A stretch of 57,271 bases of DNA from Candidatus Micrarchaeota archaeon. GTDB lineage: Archaea > Micrarchaeota > Micrarchaeia > Anstonellales > Bilamarchaeaceae. The translations under genes and the position numbers were made by a program. The stretch is from NCBI GenBank assembly GCA_038046805.1, contig JBBSVO010000006.1:43081-100351 (forward strand), read 5' to 3'. The notes beneath the pieces were generated by a model that had not been told where the DNA came from, searched no databases, and was given only the letters and a program-made list of their open reading frames with translations. This document shows, piece by piece, positions 1 through 10,204 of the stretch (its first letter is position 1; each line of letters begins with the position of its first letter).

Positions 1-3000
1 TTGGTGAGAACTGGAATTCAACCGCGGTTGCGATTGATGCGGGTGGATCGAACAGCTCTGTTTTCTGGAGCAACAATACAGTGACAATAGCAGCAATCCC
101 CAATACAGCTCCATCCATAACTAATCTAAACATCACTCCCGTTTCCCCAACAACGGTCCAGAATCTTTCAATAAATTATTCTGCCTCTGATTCAAACAAC
201 GACGCATTTTCAGTAATCTATAACTGGTATGTCGGTGGCTTGTCTCTTACGGTGCTTAATGTTCCATTCAATAATCCAGCATACACTCCAACTGAGGATA
301 TTATCTATGATTATTCTGGCTTAAGCCAGACAATAAGGGCAGGTTATGCAGGATTAGGTGATCCCTCAGAACCAGTTCTGTTGAATGGCACGTCCTGCAA
401 AACAGGCTCATGCTATTCCTTCGACGGTTCGGATGATTTTATCACTGTCACAGACCATGCAACCCTTAACTTCTCGGCAACCCAAAGCTTCTCGCTTTCA
501 GCCTGGTTCAAGGCAGGGGAAGGAGGAAATTATATCCTGTCAAAAGGATCTGTTGGGTCTTCAGACACAGGATACAGGATATTCTTTTCCTCCAATACTT
601 TCTCATTCGGAACCGATGGCATTGGTGGTGTCGGGCCTTCAGCCACAGTAGCAAACAGTTCATCTGTTCCGATGTTGGACAACAACTGGCATCAGGTAAT
701 CGGAGTAAGAGACGCAACAAGCAGCATGATGTTCCTGTATGTTGACGGAGTCTTCAGGGATTCTGTTGCAGATACGGCCACAGGCGTAATTGGTGATAAC
801 ATTCCACTCTACATCGGTTCAGATTTAGATAAGGCAAGCAACTGGAACGGCTCTCTGGATGACATAAAAGTTTACAACCGTTCCTTATCTGCAGAAGAAG
901 TTGCAATTTTATACACTTCCGAAAATGCGGCAATGGGAAACAATGCCACCGCCCAAATGGAAACATTGGTTGGTGAGAACTGGAATTCAACCGCGGTTGC
1001 GATTGATGCGGGTGGATCGAACAGTTCCGTGTTTTGGTCAAATAACACGGTGACAATCCTGGCAAACGGTTCTGCCCCTTCTCTCAATTCCGTTAATATT
1101 ACCAGATATGCAATCAACACAACCAACCTCACGCTGACGTTCAATGCATCGACAGATGCGGATGGCGATATGGTCGTTGCGATCTATTCCTGGTATCTCA
1201 ACAGCACTCCAGTAATGCTTCTTAATATCCCTTTTAACAATTACGTGTATTCCTCGAATGAAACTACGATTTATGACTATTCTGGTCTTAGTCATACTGC
1301 AAATCCTGGGTATGCAGGAATCGGAGATCCATCTGAACCAGCATTTACTGCATCTTGTAAAGTTGGGGGGTGTTACACATTTGATGGCTCAGACGATTTC
1401 ATCACAATTTTAAATGCAGAAACTCTAAATTTTTCAGCAAGCCAGAACTTTTCTATATCCGCCTGGTTCAAGTCAGTTGATGGCGGAAATTATATCCTAT
1501 CCAAAGGAGAACTCGGTTCAGGAGATGTTGGTTATACTCTCAAGTTTTCATCAACCACGTTAACTTTTGGTATAGACGGGACTGGAGGTGGCAGCGGAGT
1601 ATCAACAACAGTAGCAAACAGTTCCACAGTTCCAATGCTTGACAACAACTGGCATCACGTAGTCGCGGTGCGGAATAATTACACCGACGCGCTTTATCTT
1701 TACGTTGATGGAGTGAACCGCTCTTATACGACCGACACAAGTACCGGTGTGATAGGCAAGCAAATCAATTTATACATCGGTGCGGATTCATCGCTTGCAA
1801 ACAACTGGAACGGTTCCATAGACCAGGTCAAAATATACAATCGCTCGCTGACGGCCCAACAGGTCGCCTCGCTTTACAACCGAAGTGCAACAGGAAATGA
1901 TTCCGACACAATCGTTTATTTTGAAACAGGTCCTGTCGGAAGCAGCAGCTGGAATGTCATAGGCTATCCTTTGGATTCTTCAGGTGCAAACGGAACCCAG
2001 CTGAGGAGCAATACCGTGAATGTTACTGTTCCTGATGTTTCCGCGCCAACAGTCGTGTTGAACAGCCCTGCAAACGTAACCTACACTAACAACACATCGA
2101 TAATTCTCAATTTCAACTGGACGTGCACTGATGACCTTTCAACAGAGCTTATATCCAATCTTACTATTGACGGAACGTTAAATCAATCAAACATTTACAC
2201 GGCAAACGGAACCGCAGTAAACTGGTCAGTAACCGGATTCAGCACCGCAAGACATAACTGGAGCGTTACTTGCTGGGATACCGCTGAGAATGTGACCACA
2301 TCATCTGTCAATCAGTTCGTTATAGATACAACCGTGCCGCAGGCTTCTATTCTATATCCAACAAACAGTCTCAACCTGAGTTACAATTCCTCAATTCCGC
2401 TCAACTTCACCACGAGTGATGCACTCGCGGGAGTGAATACTTCCAGATGCACATATTCCCTTGATGGCGGCGCGGCAACGAACATCTCTTCGTGCGGCAA
2501 CACCTCATTCAATGTCAATTCCGATGTGGAAGGATTCCATTACATCAACGTCACGGTTTCAGACTTTTCCAGTAACACGAATGCCTCTTCAACAATAAAC
2601 TTCACGATAGATAAAACCGTTCCTTCAATCGCGCTCAATTCCATTCCCAACCGAACAAACACAACCGCGAGTTTCCTGAATTTCAACTGGACCGCAACCG
2701 ATACGCGAAATAACACGATGACGTGCAATATAACGGTTGATGGCACCACCAATGCAAGTAGTATCTCCGCTTCTAATGGAACCTCAACAAATTACACGGT
2801 AACAAATTTTGGTTCAGGAAATCACTCGTGGAGCCTTTCATGCGCTGATAACTCCGGAAATTCAAATTCATCCGAGACGCGTAACATAACAACCGATTAC
2901 GTTCCACCGCGCGTATCCATTACAAGTCCTCCGGGCGGCTATACATTTACGGCTGGGGATTCTGTTGCATTCACAGCCAATGTTTCAGATGACACATCCA

Positions 3001-5162
3001 GTCTTCTCAATATAACTGTTTACGTTGCGGAACTTTCTCCCCAGAGCTATGCTATGGAATATGATGCAACAACAGGCCTTTACAGAAAATCTGTTTCGTT
3101 TGCCGCGAGCGGTTCATACACTGCATACGTAATTGCAAACGACACGCTTGGAAACAGCAACAATACCTCCATTTTGCTCACTTCGAATCCCCCGACTACC
3201 ACTTCAACTTCTACAACAGCAACATTTGATAGTCGTGTTGATGTAACTGTATTCGACAGTGGAGGCAGCAGCCTAACATCCGAATCCGAAAACGTTTATC
3301 ATGAAGTTGAACGCGAAAGGGAGCTTCCGCGCACCAACGAATCTGAAAAAAATTCAATGATAGAAGATTGTTTTGATGAGGATGGTCCTGATCGTGGAAT
3401 AAAAGGAAGAATCACCTGGATTTCATTAGCCGGAGGCTACAGGACTCCTTCACAAAGTTTTGATGAATGTGTTTCCGAAAAGCAAGTGTTGGAATGGACC
3501 TGCAAGGATAGGGATAGCCCTGTTTATGATGTCTATGACTGCCCAAAAGGTTACTCATGTTCAGATGGTGCATGCCTGTCAGACAATGAAACTGCAGAGT
3601 TTAGAGGGGTGCCTGTAGTCAGAAATAACATTTTTACTCTTTCCCTAAAAACAAAAGAGGGTGTTCCGCTTGAGGATGCAAGAGTCCGTCTTGTCCTTGC
3701 AAGGCCATTCGTTACGCTGGTTGGGGAAAAGAACCCGGATGATGAAGGGGACGTTAAATTCCGGTTGAGAAAGCGCGGCTTATACGAGGCAACAGTCCGC
3801 TCTGCGAAATATGGTTCAAAAACATTCCAGTTTCAGTATGTTCCGAGGGAAAGAACGCAGCGCCAGTCAGATTTCACATTCATGACATTCTGCCGTAATC
3901 CAACTGGTGAGCGCAAGGACAATGCAATCTGGGTTCCTCGCCGCTGCGACTGGATATGCGATGATAACTATATACTGGATGAAGAAGGAGATTGTGTTGA
4001 AATCGAAAGTGAAGACCTGATGGTAGATAATTTCTGCGAATTTGATACAGATTGTCCGGGTGGAGAACTTTGTTTAGAAGGCACATGTGAACAGGTGGAC
4101 TGTGTCAGTGAAGAAGAATGTGGGTATAACGAGTTCTGCAATGATGACTGGGAATGCGAGGAAAATTCATGCGATGAAATAAGCGATTGCGCAGGGGAGA
4201 TGTTTTGTTCTGAAACTCCGGATGAAGACACAATGGAAGAGGGCGCGTGCTTGTATAAAGAATGCGAGGTTGATAAGAACTGCCCGAAAGATAATCAGAT
4301 GTGTGTGGATTACCTCTGCGTTTCAGTTCAATGTGTAGATGATTCGGCCTGTCCAGACCACATGGCCTGTGATTACTCTGACAACACGTGCAAACCCGTA
4401 ACTGGTTATTGTGGTTATCCGGAAGCCCACCAATGGAATGCATACGAATGCTGCGTCAGCGCGGACTGCCCAGGATGGAAACGATGCGACACAGAAGAGA
4501 AATATTGTGTTGATCGTGAATGCAATTTTGATTCTGAATGTGCAGGTGATCAGTTCTGTTCAGACGGCGCATGTGTGCAGGTGGAGGAGAAGGAATGTGG
4601 CTACGTGGACAACCACCAGTGGAACAACTACCAGTGCTGCAGCGATGAGGACTGCGGCGAGCCTGAGCTAAGCTGTGTTGAAAATGCGTGCACCGAGGCA
4701 ACATACGAACTGGTAGTGCCTGACGTCGCGGAGGTTGGCACATCAGTGACCGTAACAGTTCTTGAAAATGGAGCGCCGCTTCAGTATGCTACAGTTCTTG
4801 TAAAATCACCCAAAGGGGAAGAATTCTCTTTAGAGACCGATGCAGAAGGGAATACTGCCATTCTCATGGGCTGGAAGGGAACCTACGGAGTTGTGGCAAA
4901 GAAAGGAGAGAAACTAATCGGCTCAAAGAACGTCTTCACTTCATATGAAGATTATCTGGGGAAACAGTTCTCAGACGCGACTTCAAATCCATTCGATTAT
5001 GTTTCCAGCGAAGAAGGGAAAAAGACAACCCGTCCGTTGATCCTCATAGTTGTTGCACTTATCCTGGTATTCCTTTATTTCAGGTTCAGGAAGGGAAAGA
5101 AGTCTGATATAAAAAGCAAAGAGTTAAATAATAAGGATGAGGGATATGTAGGTTTAGGGTGA
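1..5162 (+). CDS. Giant cell-surface protein, 5'-truncated by the window: LamG-like jellyroll repeats, Ig-like repeats, Cys-rich repeats, C-terminal membrane anchor
   Basis: The frame is open from nt 3 (GENWNSTAVAIDAGG), so the true start lies upstream. Two LamG-like modules (FSLSAWFK, WHQVIGVRD, WNGSLDDIKVYNRSLS), many N-x-S/T sequons, CxxDxDC repeats, and a C-terminal TM helix (LILIVVALILVFLYF) with a basic tail. Confidence 0.85.
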   Translation, partial: GENWNSTAVAIDAGGSNSSVFWSNNTVTIAAIPNTAPSITNLNITPVSPTTVQNLSINYSASDSNNDAFSVIYNWYVGGLSLTVLNVPFNNPAYTPTEDIIYDYSGLSQTIRAGYAGLGDPSEPVLLNGTSCKTGSCYSFDGSDDFITVTDHATLNFSATQSFSLSAWFKAGEGGNYILSKGSVGSSDTGYRIFFSSNTFSFGTDGIGGVGPSATVANSSSVPMLDNNWHQVIGVRDATSSMMFLYVDGVFRDSVADTATGVIGDNIPLYIGSDLDKASNWNGSLDDIKVYNRSLSAEEVAILYTSENAAMGNNATAQMETLVGENWNSTAVAIDAGGSNSSVFWSNNTVTILANGSAPSLNSVNITRYAINTTNLTLTFNASTDADGDMVVAIYSWYLNSTPVMLLNIPFNNYVYSSNETTIYDYSGLSHTANPGYAGIGDPSEPAFTASCKVGGCYTFDGSDDFITILNAETLNFSASQNFSISAWFKSVDGGNYILSKGELGSGDVGYTLKFSSTTLTFGIDGTGGGSGVSTTVANSSTVPMLDNNWHHVVAVRNNYTDALYLYVDGVNRSYTTDTSTGVIGKQINLYIGADSSLANNWNGSIDQVKIYNRSLTAQQVASLYNRSATGNDSDTIVYFETGPVGSSSWNVIGYPLDSSGANGTQLRSNTVNVTVPDVSAPTVVLNSPANVTYTNNTSIILNFNWTCTDDLSTELISNLTIDGTLNQSNIYTANGTAVNWSVTGFSTARHNWSVTCWDTAENVTTSSVNQFVIDTTVPQASILYPTNSLNLSYNSSIPLNFTTSDALAGVNTSRCTYSLDGGAATNISSCGNTSFNVNSDVEGFHYINVTVSDFSSNTNASSTINFTIDKTVPSIALNSIPNRTNTTASFLNFNWTATDTRNNTMTCNITVDGTTNASSISASNGTSTNYTVTNFGSGNHSWSLSCADNSGNSNSSETRNITTDYVPPRVSITSPPGGYTFTAGDSVAFTANVSDDTSSLLNITVYVAELSPQSYAMEYDATTGLYRKSVSFAASGSYTAYVIANDTLGNSNNTSILLTSNPPTTTSTSTTATFDSRVDVTVFDSGGSSLTSESENVYHEVERERELPRTNESEKNSMIEDCFDEDGPDRGIKGRITWISLAGGYRTPSQSFDECVSEKQVLEWTCKDRDSPVYDVYDCPKGYSCSDGACLSDNETAEFRGVPVVRNNIFTLSLKTKEGVPLEDARVRLVLARPFVTLVGEKNPDDEGDVKFRLRKRGLYEATVRSAKYGSKTFQFQYVPRERTQRQSDFTFMTFCRNPTGERKDNAIWVPRRCDWICDDNYILDEEGDCVEIESEDLMVDNFCEFDTDCPGGELCLEGTCEQVDCVSEEECGYNEFCNDDWECEENSCDEISDCAGEMFCSETPDEDTMEEGACLYKECEVDKNCPKDNQMCVDYLCVSVQCVDDSACPDHMACDYSDNTCKPVTGYCGYPEAHQWNAYECCVSADCPGWKRCDTEEKYCVDRECNFDSECAGDQFCSDGACVQVEEKECGYVDNHQWNNYQCCSDEDCGEPELSCVENACTEATYELVVPDVAEVGTSVTVTVLENGAPLQYATVLVKSPKGEEFSLETDAEGNTAILMGWKGTYGVVAKKGEKLIGSKNVFTSYEDYLGKQFSDATSNPFDYVSSEEGKKTTRPLILIVVALILVFLYFRFRKGKKSDIKSKELNNKDEGYVGLG

Positions 5163-5217
5163 TGTTTGTGGTTTGACGGGTTGCGCCTAGTCAAATATAA
5201 AAATCAGGGTGATTTTT

Positions 5218-5946
5218 ATGGTTGAAGCTTATGCAGAAAGGGAAAAAAAGCCAGTAAAGATGGACACGAAGACATCAGATTTCATTGAACAGGAATTCAC
5301 AATTTCCGGAAGGAAACGGATAGAAGATTATCTAAGTGGTGCGATTCCTCCAGCAAACACTACTTTTGGGCGGGTCGCAGAGATAATCCGAAATTCAAGA
5401 GGCAAATTGTCAAAAGACCAGATGGACGCAGTTCACGCCTCGCATTTAAAAGCAATAGAGCATCCAAAACCGATACTTGTACCAGGTGCGCTATCAACTG
5501 AAAACATAGCGAAACCAGGGATCCTCAAATTCATGAAGCCTTTGCCAAAGCCGAGCAAATCACTTGAATCTGATGAGGCCTGGCGTTCAACAAAAAAACC
5601 CGGAGTTTCGCAGGAAGTTGCGTTTCCAGAGAAGTCAACAGAACGAATGCTCAAGCCAACCTATGCTACCCGTGGGGAAGCCGAGAAAAAAGAGGGAAAA
5701 TACGAGCATCTTTTCGCGGTAACTATCTATGTTGATGAAAAGCAGAAAACCTATGGAGTAGCCTTTAATTCGGACGTCAAAAAACCGACGTGGAAAGACG
5801 TATCTACTGCCTTAGCAAGCGGGGATGCGGGCGTCTCCCTGGCAGAAAAAGGCGGAGTGATTCGTGCCATTCGTTCAGGAACTCCGGAATATGCCAATCT
5901 CACGGAACGGGCATCCGAGAATGATATGAAGCTGAAAATGCTTTAA
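5218..5946 (+). CDS. Hypothetical protein (Lys/Pro-rich)
   Basis: Long ORF with GGTGA SD-like motif before ATG 5218; no recognisable motif. Confidence 0.6.
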   Translation: MVEAYAEREKKPVKMDTKTSDFIEQEFTISGRKRIEDYLSGAIPPANTTFGRVAEIIRNSRGKLSKDQMDAVHASHLKAIEHPKPILVPGALSTENIAKPGILKFMKPLPKPSKSLESDEAWRSTKKPGVSQEVAFPEKSTERMLKPTYATRGEAEKKEGKYEHLFAVTIYVDEKQKTYGVAFNSDVKKPTWKDVSTALASGDAGVSLAEKGGVIRAIRSGTPEYANLTERASENDMKLKML

Positions 5947-5995
5947 CAGTTCAAAAACCTTCATTTTTAAATATTTGCTACCACAGATATATGTC

Positions 5996-6811
5996 ATGCG
6001 CACAGTTCTATTTGGTTCTTTATTGCTCGTAGCAGGGTGTGCTGGTTCATCTTCTAATAGCATCAGAACTGCTACAATTCTTCCACTTGTTTCAGAATAC
6101 AAGCCAAAAGTCGGAACTCCAAGACAGAATGATGCCTCCAAGCCAGAGGTTGCCAGTAGATGGGGCGATGTCAGTTGCAGCTCTCCCGATGGGAAAGAGG
6201 TTCTTCTTTCCTATCGTGGCGGAAGAAAGGAAATCAGAATGGGCATGCGGGACATCGTAGATGGCAACGAAGAGATATTGTATGTCGTATGTGACAGGCA
6301 GGCAACCTCGGTTGTAACGAGCAGTGGTATATATCTCTTCTGTGGGGCCGAAGACCTGTTTTATCAGAATGGCGAGCTAACTTCTTCAACCTCTATTGAT
6401 TTTGATGGTGCGACTTATATAAAAGGAACATTATCCGCGGATGGTAAAACTCTTGCAGGGATATTCGTGAAGGATGGTATGCTTGTTCTTATGAAGATAC
6501 TCCTTACCGAAGAGGAAGGGATTCATTTTTCAACAGTTCCGCTCTTACCAACAGTGACTCAAACTATCTTGGATTCCGCGAAATTCTTCACACATGATTT
6601 TTCTGATGCGTATCTGGTACTAACCGGAGGTTTGGCACATACGGTTCATTTTGACAAAAAGGATGGAAGTTCTACTCATTTTGGTTATCAGCTTCCGTTC
6701 AGAACAAGCGATTCAGGAGTAATATCTGTCAATTCCGTAAATGGAGGTTTCGCAGTCTGTCCACCACACGTATCAAGTAGTTTGGGTGGTTGTGTAAATC
6801 TTCAGTACTAA
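5996..6811 (+). CDS. Hypothetical lipoprotein
   Basis: TTTAAATA at 5966-5973, about 23 nt before ATG 5996; hydrophobic leader ending in lipobox-like VAGC. Confidence 0.65.
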   Translation: MRTVLFGSLLLVAGCAGSSSNSIRTATILPLVSEYKPKVGTPRQNDASKPEVASRWGDVSCSSPDGKEVLLSYRGGRKEIRMGMRDIVDGNEEILYVVCDRQATSVVTSSGIYLFCGAEDLFYQNGELTSSTSIDFDGATYIKGTLSADGKTLAGIFVKDGMLVLMKILLTEEEGIHFSTVPLLPTVTQTILDSAKFFTHDFSDAYLVLTGGLAHTVHFDKKDGSSTHFGYQLPFRTSDSGVISVNSVNGGFAVCPPHVSSSLGGCVNLQY

Positions 6812-6854
6812 CGAGCCTCTAATTTAAATAATCTTTTACGTCTTTATATCCTCA

Positions 6855-7082
6855 GCAGGGGTAGCGAAGCACACTGTCCTGAGTCTTGTGTCTAGAGTCT
6901 CGCGATGTGTTCGCAACGGTTAAACGTGCTGGATTCAGGGAGCCCTTTTGATTTGTCAGATTGGCTAAGGAAAGTCCAGTGGCTTAGTGCCTTCAAGAGT
7001 TCGAAGAACCGCTTTTCTTTCAAAAAGAAAAGCCGTTTCATCGGCAAAAGAAACGATGATGTCGAAAATCTCTTCCCCTGCA
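6855..7082 (+). tRNA. tRNA-Leu(CAG) with three introns: 15/16 (6870-6916), 37/38 (about 6940-6973), 59/60 (7006-7068)
   Basis: Spliced sequence GCAGGGGTAGCGAAG|CGGTTAAACGTGCTGGATTCAGG|GTCCAGTGGCTTAGTGCCTTCAAGAGTTCGAA|TCTCTTCCCCTGCA folds into a cloverleaf with long variable arm and A73. BHB motifs: GCGA-AGC-ACAC/GTGT-TCGC-AAC and TTCG-AAG/CGAA-AAT; the anticodon BHB is relaxed. TTTAAATA upstream at about 6823. Confidence 0.9.
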
Positions 7083-7304
7083 TATTGATCTGATCTGAGG
7101 ACACTAACTTTTCTCTGTCCTCGGATCTGATCTAAAGACTCTGGTTCTGCACTGAGATCAGGTCTCAGTTCTTACCTAGCATTACAGTGCCAAATTCTAC
7201 ACGAAATAGTCATCCGCTAAAGCTGGGTCTGTAGAGCAGAGGTTAAAAAGCTTGTTCTTGGTTAATTACTGAAGATAAATTCAATTAAAATAGGTTGGTT
7301 GCAT

Positions 7305-7880
7305 ATGAATCAGGTTAGAGTGCTCATTGAGGGGTATGCTAAGAAAATCACAAACGGGTGGCTTGCAAGTTCTACAGTAACTCTTGTTAAATCAAATGGA
7401 AAAAATATAATCATTGACCCGGGTTGTAATCGAGAAAAACTTTTAGGTGTATTGGCAAAAGAGGGTTTAACCACGGCTGCAATTCATTACGTTATCCTGA
7501 CACATAATCATACTGATCATACTTTACTTGCAGGAATATTTGAGAATGCCAAGACGTTGAACAGTTACGAAATTTATTATAATGATAATCAAGTGGCGCA
7601 CAATAACGCTGTACCGGGAGCTGATCTGCAACTCATTTCAACTCCAGGTCATACTGAAGATCATATATCTGTGTTTGTTAAAACCCGCGATGGTGTCTAT
7701 GTGATTGCCGGGGATCTTTTCTGGTGGATGAATGACGAAGAGCAAAAGGTAGATGTTGAGAAGGACGATCAAGCGCATCCATCGAACAAGAAACAACTTA
7801 TCGAATCAAGAAAGAAAATTCTTGACATTGCTGATTATATCATTCCAGGACATGGAAAAATTTTTAAAGTTAAAAAGTAA
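7305..7880 (+). CDS. Metallo-beta-lactamase-fold hydrolase
   Basis: IIIDPG, THNHTDH, TPGHT, IAGDLF and IIPGHG motifs. Confidence 0.9.
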   Translation: MNQVRVLIEGYAKKITNGWLASSTVTLVKSNGKNIIIDPGCNREKLLGVLAKEGLTTAAIHYVILTHNHTDHTLLAGIFENAKTLNSYEIYYNDNQVAHNNAVPGADLQLISTPGHTEDHISVFVKTRDGVYVIAGDLFWWMNDEEQKVDVEKDDQAHPSNKKQLIESRKKILDIADYIIPGHGKIFKVKK

Positions 7881-7904
7881 ATCAATTATGTGTGGGGGGT
7901 ACTG

Positions 7905-8237
7905 ATGGAAGAAATAACGTTTGACGAATGGAAGAAACTCGAGATACGCGTAGGTAAAATACTCAAAGTAGAGCGTGTCCCACGGACAGAAAAATTGTAC
8001 AAACTTCAAGTTGATCTGGGCGATAAATCCGTTCAGATTGTTTCGAGTTTAGTTCCGTATTATACAGAAGAAGAATTACAAAACCGCAAAATTGTGGTAC
8101 TTGTAAATTTAAAACCAACAAAATTTGCAGGGGAAAAATCTGAGGGAATGCTACTCTGTGCAGAAAATGAAGATGGAAGCAAATGTGTTCTTCTGACCAG
8201 TGAAAAAGATATCGAACTAGGTACTCGAATAACTTAA
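7905..8237 (+). CDS. Stand-alone tRNA-binding OB-fold protein (Trbp111/CsaA/MetRS C-terminal family)
   Basis: ITFDEWKKLEIRVGKI, KLYKLQVDLG and VNLKPTKFAGEKSEGMLL signature. Confidence 0.9.
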   Translation: MEEITFDEWKKLEIRVGKILKVERVPRTEKLYKLQVDLGDKSVQIVSSLVPYYTEEELQNRKIVVLVNLKPTKFAGEKSEGMLLCAENEDGSKCVLLTSEKDIELGTRIT

Positions 8238-8317
8238 TTCTTTTATGCGAAATTTTATCCTACAATGCCAATCCATCTCAGACCTCAGATCAGGTCAGTG
8301 AATTCTTCCCCTGCATC

Positions 8318-9097
8318 TCATTTTATATTCTCCCTCAATCCCTCAAAAAACCTTTTTGCTTCTTCGTAATCTCTTCCCTTTATGATGTGCTTCAGGAATT
8401 CAATTCGTCCGGAAACTTTTTCCAGCTGTTTTAGCGAATGCGGGCTAAACAATATCTCTGAAAGGAGCCAATCATCTTCTGAAAGAAGGCCTTTTGCAAT
8501 CGTGCGGTGCTTCTTGAAAGTTGTTCCTGGAACAGATTTCGGTTCCATACATGCGGCAAATATGAGCGAAGAGGCAAACGGCAATGTAAGTGAGTATGCC
8601 ATCATTTCATCATGCTCTTTGAACGTATAATGGAATAGATTTATGCCGAGCCGTTTTCCGAGCGTTTCGAAGATTGTGGCCCATTCTGCGTCAGATTCTT
8701 TTATTATTACCATATTCTCATCCGAAAGCGATTCGACATTCGCAAACGTTGGCCCGAACATCGGGTGAACTGAAACGAATTTCATCCCTGTCTTTTTGTA
8801 GAATTCCGGCATTCCTGCCTTTATCGAGGCAACATCCGCGAGAATGCAATCTTTTGGGATAAGGGGCACTACTGATTCAAATGCCGCGACTGTATTCCGC
8901 AGGCTAACAGCGTTAATCAACAATTGCGGCTCAAATGTTTTTATCTCCGAAAGTTTCGCGAGAAGGTGCGCGTTCTTTATTCCACGCGCCTTGTTTTCGT
9001 CTATGTCGTAAACTGCGACTTCATGCCCGCCCGTCTTTAGCAGCTCATTCGCAAGCCAACTTCCCATATGTCCAATACCAATAATTATAATCTTCAT
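8318..9097 (-). CDS. tyrA: Prephenate dehydrogenase
   Basis: Rossmann IIGIGHMG, DVASIK, HPMFGP and EHDEMMA; last gene of the aro operon. Confidence 0.9.
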   Translation of the reverse strand: MKIIIIGIGHMGSWLANELLKTGGHEVAVYDIDENKARGIKNAHLLAKLSEIKTFEPQLLINAVSLRNTVAAFESVVPLIPKDCILADVASIKAGMPEFYKKTGMKFVSVHPMFGPTFANVESLSDENMVIIKESDAEWATIFETLGKRLGINLFHYTFKEHDEMMAYSLTLPFASSLIFAACMEPKSVPGTTFKKHRTIAKGLLSEDDWLLSEILFSPHSLKQLEKVSGRIEFLKHIIKGRDYEEAKRFFEGLRENIK

Positions 9098-9111
9098 ATT
9101 TTCATCTCCTT

Positions 9112-10194
9112 TTATTCTGTTTTCTCCTCTGTGTAACATCCAAGCATCCTAAACATCTCTGTCCTTTCCTTTGCCAGTTTCAGTGCCTCAGCGACACCTG
9201 AATCTCTTTCCGAACCCTGCAAATCCAATAGGAAAGCGAATTTTCCGTGCTCGCCTCTTATCGGTCTTGACTCAATGCGCGTGAGGTTTATGCCTGCATC
9301 TGAAAACACCTTTAGCACAGCGAATAATGCGCCTGCCTTGTGCGGGGTGGTGAAAGCGATTGAACATTTGTTTCCCACGTCATTGTTTTTTTGCTTAGAA
9401 AGCACGACAAATCGTGTTGAGTTTGACGAATGATCCTCAACATTCTCCTTTAGCACTTCCAATCCATAAATCTCTGCACATAGCCTGCTTGCGATAACTG
9501 CTGCTGCCTTTGGCCTTTCGTTTGCAATCATTGCTGCAGCGCCAGCAGTATCGTAATATGGCCTTGCTTCCAGCTTGTTTCTTGCAAGAAAATTCCTACA
9601 TTGCCCTAATGCCTGTGGATGGGAATAAACGACTTTTATTTCGCGGTAATCTGTATCTGGAATGGCAAGCAGACAATGATGTATTGGAAGGTTTATCTCT
9701 CCGATTATCTGCAGGTCTGATTCGGCTGTTTCAATCAACAGGTCGTTTACTGCATTCACCGAACCTTCAAGCGAATTTTCAACAGGAACAATCCCCAAAT
9801 CCAGCTGTCCGTTCTCCACTGCTTCGAAAACATCTGCGAATTCCAGACAGGGTACCGGAACAGCGCTTTTGTCAAACGCAGCAACTGCCATTTCCCCAAA
9901 TGCACCATGCTCCCCCTGGAATCCAACCAACTTCAGGTTTTTTCCCTGTACGTGTTTTGCTTCGTCAATAAGTTCCCGGAACATTTTTTCCGAGAAATCC
10001 GGAGCAACGATGCCGTGGCTTTGTTTCCGCACGTTTGCGATTATTTCATTTTCACGTTCGGAATCATTCCCTACACTCCAACATTCGTTTCTCAGCTTCT
10101 TTGCCCTCAGTGCAAGCTCCATTCGCTTGCTTATGAGTTTTAGAAGTTCGGAATCAACCCTATCAATATTTTTTCTTGTTTCTTTCAAGTCCAT
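9112..10194 (-). CDS. pheA: Chorismate mutase/prephenate dehydratase (P-protein)
   Basis: N-terminal AroQ (RKNIDRVDSELLKLISKR), VPVENSLEG, SHPQALGQC, NSTRF, and ACT domain NLTRIESRP. Confidence 0.95.
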   Translation of the reverse strand: MDLKETRKNIDRVDSELLKLISKRMELALRAKKLRNECWSVGNDSERENEIIANVRKQSHGIVAPDFSEKMFRELIDEAKHVQGKNLKLVGFQGEHGAFGEMAVAAFDKSAVPVPCLEFADVFEAVENGQLDLGIVPVENSLEGSVNAVNDLLIETAESDLQIIGEINLPIHHCLLAIPDTDYREIKVVYSHPQALGQCRNFLARNKLEARPYYDTAGAAAMIANERPKAAAVIASRLCAEIYGLEVLKENVEDHSSNSTRFVVLSKQKNNDVGNKCSIAFTTPHKAGALFAVLKVFSDAGINLTRIESRPIRGEHGKFAFLLDLQGSERDSGVAEALKLAKERTEMFRMLGCYTEEKTE

Positions 10195-10204
10195 GCTATT
10201 CACC

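Larger units (their letters stand above)
7071..8316. mobile_element. Small tRNA-integrated islet (attL/attR-like 13-bp direct repeat), no integrase
   Basis: TCTTCCCCTGCAT at 7071-7083 (tRNA 3' end) and at 8304-8316. Imperfect inverted repeats just inside both ends (7087-7102 vs 8281-8296, 14/16 match). Confidence 0.65.

Noticed and set aside
6892..7104. Short ORFs over the tRNA-Leu locus (and 45048-45323 over tRNA-Val)
   Set aside because: Explained by intron-containing tRNA genes.
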